NCBI GenBank assembly: GCA_951406725.2
Contig: OX597824.1
Coordinates: 23,622,001-23,686,000 of the forward strand
DNA from: Octopus vulgaris
Lineage: Eukaryota
Direction of reading: 5' to 3'
Length of the DNA stretch: 64,000 nucleotides
Shown here: one piece after another, positions 39,528 to 50,190 of the stretch
How the letters are laid out: each line of letters starts with the position of its first letter
How positions within the stretch are numbered: position 1 is the first letter of the stretch
Program-made: the position numbers and the translations under genes
The notes under the pieces: model-generated
Databases searched by the model: none
What the model was told of the DNA's origin: nothing
What the model saw: only the letters and a program-made list of their open reading frames with translations

Positions 39528-39951
39528 TATGTATGTATGTATGTATGTATGAATGTATGTATGTATGTATGCATGCATGTATGTATGCATGCATGTATGT
39601 ATGTTTGTATGTATGTATGTATGCATGTATGTATGTATGTATGTATGTATGTATGCATGCATGTAGGTATGTATGTATGTATGTATGTATGCATGCATGT
39701 ATGTATGTATGTATGTATGTATGCATGCATGTATGTTTGTATGTATGTATGTATGTATGCATGTATGTATGTATGTATGCATGTATGCATGCATGTATGT
39801 ATGTATGTATGCATGCATGCATGTATGTATGTATGTATGCATGTATGTATGTATGTATGTATGTATGTATGTATGTTTGTATGTATGGTTGTATCTATGT
39901 CTGTATGTATGTATGTTTGTATGTATGTATGTATGTATGTATCTATGTATG

Positions 39952-39985
<34 letters not shown>

Positions 39986-40229
39986 TGCATGCATGTATGT
40001 ATGTATGTATGTATGTATGTATGCATGCATGTATGTATGCATGCATGCATGTATGTATGTATGTATGTATGTATGCATGCATGTATGTATGTATGTATGT
40101 ATGCATGCATGTATGCATGTATGTATGTATGCATGCATGCATGCATGCATGTATGTATGTATGTATGTATTTATGTATGCATGTATGTATGCATGCATGC
40201 ATGTATGTATGTATGTATGTATGTATGTA
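39528..40229. repeat. (TATG/CATG)n microsatellite
   Basis: Directly visible, ~700 bp. Confidence 0.97.
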
Positions 40230-40632
40230 TTACAAGCTTCCATTGTGAAATGCTTTAGATATTTTCCGTTTTACTTTTGGTTATGGCGTGTAATTTCAAT
40301 TTACCAATTACCCGTTTCTTTTCGGGTCGTGAGAAACCCAGCCTCAGAAAATCAATGTTGACGTTTAGTTATTTACATAGTAATATGACCAAAAAACCTC
40401 AATAACCGCAGGAATATATATTATAAAATGATATTCTGGGTGTAGCTTCTGCAGAGCTGATGTTAGTTCGGTCAGATTTGTTATTATATAAACTGTCTGT
40501 ATCTCACCCTGTATACATACGTATGTATGTATGTATGTATGTATGTATGTATGTATGTATGTATCTATCTATCTATCTATCTATTTATCTATCAGTCTGT
40601 CTGTGTGTCTATGTGTCTGTCTGCCTGTCTGC

Positions 40633-40716
<84 letters not shown>

Positions 40717-40739
40717 TTATCTATCAGTCTCTCTGTCTG

Positions 40740-40871
<132 letters not shown>

Positions 40872-41532
40872 TGTATGTATGTATGTATGTATGTATGTAT
40901 ATACGTGTGTGTGTGTACAAATATGTGCGTACGTTAAAATATATATACAAATACATGTTACAACGCTCAAATGTGTGCGTAGAACTATGTGCGCGTGTTT
41001 GTATGTCTCTGTGTATCTCTGTGTATGTGTGCGTGTGTGTGTGTGTATGTATGCGAACTTATTCACATCCGTACGCACGCATACTCAAGCAAAAGCAATA
41101 ATTAAACTATATGCAGTTTGATTTTATAATTAAATATACAACTGTTTTCCATGCAAACACGCGTACACACACATACACACACACACACACACACACATAC
41201 ACATACACACAAATACAAGACACGCATACAAACAAACACACAGAAACACATATATACACATATATAAAAATATACATTGATATATATGTGTGTGTGTGTG
41301 TGTGTGTGCGCACACACAAACACAGACAGACACAAATGCAACACACACATACGCACAAACGCAAGAAACACAAATATACACATATATAAAAATATACATT
41401 TATATATATATATATCTATATATATATAGATATATATATATATACATACATACATACATACATACATATTTGTGTGTGTGTGCACAAATACAACACACAG
41501 AAACACACATATACACATATATAAAAATATAC

Positions 41533-41583
<51 letters not shown>

Positions 41584-42006
41584 TGCACACGCATACACAC
41601 ACACTCACACACTCACACACACACACAAAAACAGCTTCAGAAACAGAAGTACAGAAAGAGAAAACTGTAGGCCAATATGTCTGCCAGTATTCTCAAACAC
41701 AGGCAGACAGGCAGACAGGCAGAAAGGCAGGCAAGCAGACAAGCAATTCAGACGGAATGCCAGAGGAACAGACATACAGACAGAAGAGCTGTAACAATTG
41801 CTACGTCGAATCATTAATAAACCGATCACGAGATTATCTTAATGCATTGTGCACTAAAAGCAGCAAAATCTGCTGCACCTGTAGCAGTAGCATCTGCAGC
41901 AGCTGCAGCAGAATTGTACTTGTATTGGGTGCAACTGCATATTGTTGCGCAAATATCAGGAAGGCTAACGTAATGCATCACATGATTTTAAAGGTTGTCT
42001 AGTTGC

Positions 42007-42046
<40 letters not shown>

Positions 42047-42132
42047 GTGTACATGTGTGTGTTTGTGTGTCTACACACATGCACACACATACACATATAT
42101 ATATGCATGCGTATGTATGCATGAATATATAA

Positions 42133-42171
<39 letters not shown>

Positions 42172-42551
42172 ACAGAAATCTCATACGTTTTTGCGTTTTC
42201 TAATTTCCATTCAATGTTTTGTAGATTTGTAGGCATGGAAACATGTTATTAGATACATTCATACATCTTTTAATATCTATATCTGTGAGCATAAGTCTGT
42301 GTCTCCGCGTGCGTGTATCTGTGTGTATGTATCCTTATGTGTATGTATATATATCATAATGATATTTAATCTCCAGCCTGAGATTAACTCATCATCTTTC
42401 AGTCATTTGTTTATAATCAAAAAAATTGTCGCTTCTAATCGGACAATAAATATCATTATCATATATATTATACACAGTTATTATAGTTATTACACTATGA
42501 GTCTTCCATACCAGCTTTCTCTCTGCTTGTTGATAAAATATTATTTATATA

Positions 42552-42611
<60 letters not shown>

Positions 42612-42614
<3 letters not shown>

Positions 42615-42772
42615 GCGGGAGTGGCTGTGTGGTAAGTAGCTTGCTAACCAACCACATGATTCCGGGTTCAGTCCCACTGCGTGGCACCTTGGGCAAATGT
42701 CTTCTGCTATGGCCCGGGCCGACCAATGCCTTGTGAGTGGATTTGGTAGACGGAAACTGAAAGAAGCCTGTC

Positions 42773-42830
<58 letters not shown>

Positions 42831-43052
42831 TTGTGTGTCTGTGTTTGTTCCCCTAGCATTGCTTGACAACCGATGCTGGTGTGTCCCCATCCTCGTCACT
42901 TAGCGGTTTGGCAAAAGAGACCGATAGAATAAGTCCGAAGCTTACAAAGAATAAGTCCCGGGATCGATTTGCTCGACTAAAGGCGGTGCTCCAACATGGC
43001 CGTAGTCAAATGACTGAAACAAGTAAAAGAGTAAAAAGAGTAAAAGAGAGAG
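42612..43052 (+). mobile_element. SINE family A, full length
   Basis: Complete head, body and tail. Confidence 0.9.
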
Positions 43053-43059
43053 TATATAT

Positions 43060-43172
43060 AGGTGGAGAAATCACAAAAAAAAAACCCCAAAAGACGAAGA
43101 CAACAAACAGATGCATTAGTTTAACGCTCAGGAAGTGAAAAAGTGCTTAACGTTTCGAGCTTACGCTCTTCC
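43060..43172 (-). mobile_element. Penelope pseudo-LTR fragment
   Basis: Minus strand GAAGAGCGTAAGCTCGAAACGTTAAG..., same family as 1-133 and 4635-4765; truncated in the HHR core. Confidence 0.72.
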
Positions 43173-43275
43173 ATATATCCACGAGCAACTACATAAATGC
43201 AAAACAAGGTGGAAAAAGAACAGCACAGTACGGAAGATAGAGTAATATGCTTCGTTTTATTACAGCTGCAAGAAT

Positions 43276-43329
43276 ATCACAGAAGTGTTACTCAGAGTTT
43301 CACGTTTCCATTCCTCAGACAGTTGTGAT
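43276..43329 (-). ncRNA. Type I hammerhead-like motif
   Basis: Stem I ATCACAACTGT/ACACTTCTGTGAT (imperfect); CTGAGGA; ATG-GAAA-CGT; GAA; ACTC-T-GAGT; GUA. Confidence 0.62.
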
Positions 43330-43336
43330 CAAGTCT

Positions 43337-43935
43337 TGTACATTTAAACATCAAGTGTTGAAATGTACACTATTATATATTGAGAATATGTTGTCTTTTG
43401 ACTTTAAAAATACATGCTAGGCCAATGGTGGTGAAATTTCTAAAAAATATTCGCCACCCTATATATTTTATGAATATGATTTTAGCATTTCGAAGATCGG
43501 TTTGGCATTTTTCATTTACTGCTGACTGAGACTGCATTTGTGCGGTGAATCTTTTACAAAATTATGACACATAATGATGAGACACGTATTATTTGTCTCT
43601 AAATTATAGGTTAATGTTATAGTACGGTTACTGATGAGGATTTGCCTAGCAAATTATTTTATTTGCTAAAGAAATCTGAAACCTAGGTATAACCGTAAAA
43701 ATAACAAGGTAAAAGTTTCTATTTTTCATTCCCTTCGAAAATTGCTGTTAAATGTGGTTTCGGTCGTTTTGACTGCTTCTTCTAGTAAAAAGAGAAAAGA
43801 AAACTACCTGTTAAAAATAGGTTTCTTTTGTGTTTAAATGTACACTATTTTATATTGAGAATATGTTGTCTGCTTATACATGCCAGGCCAATGGTGGTGA
43901 AATTTCTAAAAATATTCCCCACTCTTTATATTTTA

Positions 43936-43938
<3 letters not shown>
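43337..43938 (+). mobile_element. Retrozyme-like element 1 (~1.2 copies of a ~475-nt unit)
   Basis: Direct repeats 43356-43472 and 43831-43937 (offset 475) flank an intact HHR; 14-bp 5' inversion (43337-43350); ends at (TA)n; no ORF. Confidence 0.75.
43623..43697 (+). ncRNA. Intact type I hammerhead ribozyme
   Basis: Stem I TACGGTTA/TAACCGTA perfect; CTGATGA; stem II GGATTT..TAGCAAAT..ATTTGCTA..AAATCT; GAA; stem III ACC-TA-GGT; predicted cut after GUA at 43689. Confidence 0.9.
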
Positions 43939-43975
<37 letters not shown>

Positions 43976-43985
43976 TAAAATATAA

Positions 43986-44066
<81 letters not shown>

Positions 44067-44691
44067 GTGTTTTGCTTGAGATAAATAGCATTTATGGAAT
44101 ACATGTGTGAAGGTGAACTACTTGAAGTTTCATGTTCGGATGATGTCGTAATCGAAGGTTTCTATAGCGCTCTGTAGATCAATTACTTGCTGGAGCTTAC
44201 AATGAATCATTTTGAATTAGAACAATTTCCGTATCCTGCTCGTTACGCTACCAAAACAGTCCAATTACTGCACAATTGTAACTTGTCTTTATTAATTACT
44301 TTGTGTATGTGTGTGTGTGCGCGCATGTATGTGTGTGTGTGTGCACACACTCACACACACACACGCACATTTTAATTGGGTAGTAATTAAGCAAATCGAC
44401 CGCAGTACTTAGGTATCTTTAAGTCTTGTAAATTATGTCTGATAAATCATTCTATGAGTTTGTTGTTGCCGAACCGCTATGTTACGGGGATGTCAAAAAA
44501 CGTACACCGGCTGTCAAGCAGTAGTTCAGTGGGCCAAATACAGACATAGAATCATTCATAGACACACACACATACGTACGCATATATGTATGCATACATA
44601 TGTATACATAATTATACACATGCACACACATATATATATACATATAAATAATATAATATGCATAATCTATGTATGTATAATATGTATGATA

Positions 44692-44723
<32 letters not shown>

Positions 44724-44830
44724 ATATAGAGGGTACTACTATTCATAGATACCGCACGCTAGGAGAGACCCTTGCGGTCAAAACTACTAAAATAAACAAA
44801 TTGTACCGAATGCAAAACTGTCTTGAGTTT

Positions 44831-44894
44831 GTTGCACTGATGAGCATAGAATGCATATTCTGCATTAATTGCGAAATCACAGGTGATATGTAAC
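44831..44894 (+). ncRNA. Type I hammerhead ribozyme, canonical core
   Basis: Stem I GTTGCA/TGTAAC; CTGATGA; stem II GCA..AGAAT..ATTCT..TGC; GAA; stem III ATCAC-AG-GTGAT; predicted cut after AUA at 44888. Confidence 0.87.
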
Positions 44895-45325
44895 TAAATT
44901 CTTTTTTTAAATGACTTGCTTTGAAGTTTTGCATTCGGTACAATTTGTTTATTTTAGTAGTTTTGACCGCAAGGGTCCCTCCTAGCGTGCGGTATCTATG
45001 AATAGTAGTACCCTCTATATAATATAAATAAATATTTTCAAAGTGGAAAAATTTACGGATTTTTTTCTCTTACGAGGTTTTTCACGCTAACTACTGATAA
45101 TTTCTTATAAAGATTTTATCCTCAATTTTAAATTTATATTTTTCACCAGAATAGTTCAATACAGAATTTTTGTTCCGAGTAAGCAATTTGTAACCGAAAT
45201 GCATTGCGAATAAGCCCGCCATTTTCATAGATATGTAAAGATAAACATTCGTACATGCTACGACGAATTCTACGGTTGGCTGTCGGGTTTGTAATGTTAT
45301 GTTTTTTCTTATATGTCTCGAGTTC

Positions 45326-45389
45326 GTTGCACCGATGAGCATAGAATGCATATTCTGCATTAATTGCGAAATCACAGGTGATATGTAAC
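45326..45389 (+). ncRNA. Type I hammerhead, CCGAUGA core
   Basis: Identical to 44831-44894 except U4C; predicted cut after 45383. Confidence 0.82.
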
Positions 45390-45653
45390 TAAATTCTTTT
45401 TTTAAATGACTTGCTTTGAAGCTTTGCATTCGGTACAATTTGTTTATTTTAGTAGTTTTGACCGCAAGGGTCCCTCCTAGCGTGCGGTATCTATGAATAG
45501 TAGTACCCTCTATATAATATAAATAAATATTTTCAAAATGGAAAGATTTACGGATTTTTCTCTTACGAGGTTTTTCACGCTAACTACTGATAATTTCTTA
45601 TAAAGATTTTACCCTCAATTTTAAATATATATATATATATATATTTACAGTCT

Positions 45654-45987
45654 CTTGGGCAAGTGTCTTCTACTATAGACTCGGGCCGACCAAAGCCTTG
45701 TGAGTGGATTTGGTTGACGGAAACTGAAAGAAGCTCGTCGTATATATGTATATATATATATGTGTGTGAGTTTGTTTGTATGTTTGTGAGTCTGTGTTTG
45801 TCCCCCCAACATCGCTTGACAACCGATGCTGGAGTGTTTACGTCCCCGTAACTTAGCGGTTCGATAGATAAATATTAGGCTTACAAAGAATAAGTCCTGG
45901 GGTCGATTTGCTCGACTAAAAGCGGTGCTCCAGCATGTCCACAGTGAAATGACAGAAACAAGTAAAAGAGTAAAAGAGTATAAGAGT
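45654..45987 (+). mobile_element. SINE family A, 5'-truncated
   Basis: Starts at CTTGGGCAAGTGTCTTC; tail intact. Confidence 0.85.
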
Positions 45988-46225
45988 ATACGTATATACG
46001 ATGGGCTTCCACACAAGTTCCGTCTACGACATTCACTGACAAGACAATATAAATAGATCCGTAAAGAGAAAATATTTGCCAAGATGGCGCATGGTGTGAA
46101 TGAAACAGGAAACAAGTGGCTGCAAAGTACTTCTGCATGTACATGTGTGTGCGTGTGAGTGTGTGTGTGTGTGCGTGCTTGTGTGTATGCTTGTGTGTGT
46201 ATGCATACATGCATGCATACATACA

Positions 46226-46256
<31 letters not shown>

Positions 46257-46296
46257 GTATTATTTATCTAAAGGTCACAATATGTGTATTAAAAAG

Positions 46297-46347
46297 CTAT
46301 TAATAGTTTCATATGTTGAAAAATTCTCAAACATATTCTTCAGGCGC
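46297..46347 (-). ncRNA. Hammerhead motif lacking the 3' strand of stem I
   Basis: CTGAAGA; 7-bp stem II ATATGTT/AACATAT; GAA; near-palindromic ACTATTAATAG; partial inverted copy at 46493-46531. Confidence 0.6.
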
Positions 46348-46631
46348 AAACCACATATCATAACAAGCTTCAAAAATTGAATAATAGAAGAAACACGAAA
46401 TAACTGAGAAGACACATATAGAAAACGCAGACAGTAAACAACGGAAAAACGAAAATACAAATGCTAAAATGTAAAAAATAATAAGTTAATAGTTATGGGG
46501 TTTGCGTCTGAAAAATGTGTTTGAGTTTTCTCAGTCCTTTAAATAAATAATATTTATCTCTTACCAGGTGGAGTATGAATTTTGTTGAATTTTGTATCAC
46601 GGAACTGTAGATTATACATGTATATATATAA

Positions 46632-46835
46632 GGCGGCGAGCTCGTAGAAACGTTAGCACGTCGGGCGTCTTTAAGTTCTGTCTTTATGTTCTGAGTTCAA
46701 ATTCCACCGAGGTTAACTTTGCATTTCATCCTTTCGGTGTCGATAATTTAAGTACCAGTTGCGTACTGGAGTCGATATAATCGACTGGCCCTACCCTCTC
46801 CAAAAATTTCGTGCCATGTGCCTAGAGTAGAAAAG

Positions 46836-46836
<1 letters not shown>
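46632..46836 (+). mobile_element. SINE family B
   Basis: GGCGGCGAGCT head, body, CCTAGAGTAGAAAAGA tail. Confidence 0.8.
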
Positions 46837-46876
<40 letters not shown>

Positions 46877-46942
46877 TCATACACATATGTGCTTGTGCTG
46901 TATGTGTGTATGCTTGTGGTTGTGTATGTTTGTATGTATGTA

Positions 46943-47087
<145 letters not shown>

Positions 47088-47521
47088 TAGATTTCTGATT
47101 CTGTCTGTCGGTTTGTTGCATCTTCTTGGAATTGAATGTAATGGATTTCATTCAGAATGTTAAAAACCTAAACAGATACACCATGACGTGCGGCCTGGTA
47201 CTCTAACAATTGTGCCACTCCACAGTACCGAACTTTGATGTAATTTCATAGACACTTATTTCAAAAATTACAAAAGAAAGTTGACCCCAACAGGAACTAA
47301 ACGCAGCCCCCTGATTCGGAACATATAGCCCGTAACATTTTATCTCACTCTCGAACAGCTTTGCCATACATGCGTTCATGCACACACACATTCTTACACA
47401 CATGCACGCATACATATATACATACATATCTATATGTATGCGTATATATATGTGTGTGTGTATATATATATATATATGAAGATATATATATATGTATATA
47501 TATGTATATATGTATATATAC

Positions 47522-47567
<46 letters not shown>

Positions 47568-48183
47568 TTATATATATATATATATATACATATATAGATG
47601 TATATGTATATATTCACACAGATACATACAAACATACAAGCATACATATATGTACACACATGCATAGATATATTCATAAATTACACATATAATTATATTT
47701 GTATCCATATCTATATCTGTATATAAATATATGCACATATATGCATGTGTGCGAGTACGTGTGCGCGCACGCGTGCGTATATGCGTGTGTATATAACCGC
47801 GCAAATATCTTTATCTACAAATATGCATATACATATACATATACATATACATGTTCATATTCGTAAACATATATAAACACGGCAGGATATGTGTATAGAT
47901 GGAAACACTTTCCTATCCACATTCAGACGTATATATAAAAAACTTGTATACATACATAATTGAATATACATGCATATAAGCACACATTCATGCCTGTTTC
48001 TGCTAGCTGATGATATCTATGTGCAAGCATGCATCAAACTCTGCAGTGCATGTATAGTGGATTTATAGCCATTTGGTTCTCGTGTTCATTCAGCTGACAT
48101 GTAATTAACGTTTTGTCAAGTAGGGATAACATAGTTATGTCTAATATACATATATATGTCTGTGTGTTCGCGCATATATATAC

Positions 48184-48217
<34 letters not shown>

Positions 48218-48259
48218 TTATATGTATATATATGCGCATATATATTCACAAATACATAC

Positions 48260-48318
<59 letters not shown>

Positions 48319-48433
48319 GAAATCGATGCGTGGTGTTCAATTAAATAATGATATAAATAAGATATATATATATATATATATATATACACTTATACATACA
48401 AACAATATTTAATAGCAGTTTGATTCAGCTTCA

Positions 48434-48483
48434 TGAAGCTTAAAGTTTCGTAGGATTGTAGAACGAACCTAACTCGTCAGGCA
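48434..48483 (-). ncRNA. Degenerate hammerhead motif
   Basis: CTGACGA; stem II GTTAGG..CCTAC; GAAACTTTAAG; partial inverted copy at 49198-49232. Confidence 0.5.
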
Positions 48484-48490
48484 GTTAGCG

Positions 48491-48547
<57 letters not shown>

Positions 48548-48764
48548 CAAACAGAGGCAGACAGACAAACAGACAAGCATGCAGGCAGACAGATAGGGAT
48601 AAAAGTATATGAAACAAATTCAAGCCTTCTGGATGTTAGGCCTTTGCTGGTTAACTCAAGTCACGTGGTGTTACTTTGATTCTAAGGCTGACGGGATCGG
48701 AGAGGATGTTGATAGTTAGCCAGTAGTTAGATGTCTGGAAACTGGGGTATGGATTATCCAGTGA

Positions 48765-48970
48765 CATCAGGATATTTCAAAAGCATTTCCCTAAACCCCA
48801 TAAATATTATAAGTTTTTCAAACCCCACAACATCAATGTTAGTTACTCCTGTTTAGACAACATCGCTCCTAACATAAAAAGCTACAACAGACGCAAACAC
48901 ACATCTACACAAACCTCCAATACAAACCTGTAACTTTCGAAATCAACCAATTGCCAGTTGGGAGGATCCA
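48765..48970 (+). pseudogene. Penelope-like RT/endonuclease linker remnant (second clade)
   Basis: FQKHFPKPHKYYKFFKPHNINVSYSCLDNIAPNIKSYN followed by a decayed CNxR..C.LGG motif. Confidence 0.6.
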
Positions 48971-49129
48971 GACTAATGCTGATTCTAGATCAAGAATACC
49001 ACGTGATCTGAGATGGTCAATGGAGGGTTAACGTCTGGAAGCCAACTTAAATTTGTCTCATATCGTGAGACACCCCTCTCTTTCTCTCTCACTCACTCTC
49101 TCTCTCTTTCTTTTTTTTTTCTCTGCCTC

Positions 49130-49192
<63 letters not shown>

Positions 49193-49589
49193 CTGAATGC
49201 CTGACACGTTAGATTCGTTCTACGAACCTACGGAGTGCCGTTTACTTTCGTTTGTCCATCCACTCGCATAAACCTTTTATGTCTAACTTATTTCAGACAT
49301 TGGATTACAGTCATGCTAGGACACCGATTCAAAGGATTCTAAGCGAACACATCGGCTGCAGCACTTTTTGTACTGGATCAAATCTCAATTTTTTTATGCC
49401 AAAATGTAGCTAGGGAGTAGTCCCCTTCAAAAATGTTAACGGTTTTCAATTTGGTTCGGAACTGAATTAGCGATAAGCTCTGATAGATGCTGCGTGCGAG
49501 TAAATTGCGGCCTTAAGAATATTATTCAACTACTTTAGTAGTTGAATGATATATATATAATAGACTCTACCGTCGAAGTCGACTATGAG

Positions 49590-49919
49590 AGCTCAAAATC
49601 TCTAGTGGAAGCGCCATCCAACCAAAATGCAAATATATGGGAAACTACCACCTGTGTCATCTCTTGTGAAAGGTAGGAGAGTCCAGTTTGCTGGACATTG
49701 TTGTAGAGCTGAAAAGGAAGTAATTTCTACTCTTCTCCTCTGGAAGCCATCTACTCGCAATGCCAGAGGGCGCACACTCTCCTACCCTGATGTAATCTCC
49801 AGGGATACAGGCATCCAGCAATAGGACCTCCGTAATGCCATGATGGACCGTGAAGTCTGGCGTAGCATGGTAAATTCCATTGTCTCGACCACGGTCAAAC
49901 AATGATGATGAAATGATGA
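49590..49919 (+). mobile_element. RTE-type LINE 3' end
   Basis: W.RHPTKMQIYGKLPPVSSLVKGRRVQFAGHC.R...LLLW.P...MMDREVWR, then a (TGA)n tail. Confidence 0.75.
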
Positions 49920-50159
49920 GTGGTCAGATTTCGCCGAAAGATCGGCACGAATGATTTGTTTAAGGTGACCATCAGCTCCTTCTCCTCCATCAAATCGACG
50001 TTGCCTGAGGACAGGTGTGCGGTGTGCCACACGAAGGGTGTCGCAGAGATTCCAGAGTGACTTGAGATACAGATTTTTACTCAAAAACACAACACACCAC
50101 CCGGTCTAGGAATTGAAACCACAATTACATGGTCGTGAGCGCAACGCCCTAACCACCAG

Positions 50160-50189
<30 letters not shown>

Positions 50190-50190
<1 letters not shown>

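Larger units (their letters stand above)
44714..45626 (+). mobile_element. Retrozyme-like element 2 (two HHR-bearing direct repeats plus 5' inverted segment)
   Basis: Direct repeats 44819-45133 and 45314-45626, unique spacer 45134-45313; 44714-44818 is the reverse complement of 44926-45030; (TA)n on both sides. Confidence 0.85.

Noticed and set aside
41472-42002. 176-aa Cys-rich ORF
   Set aside because: Built from microsatellite, (CAGA/CAGG)n and (GCA)n low complexity; no domain evidence.
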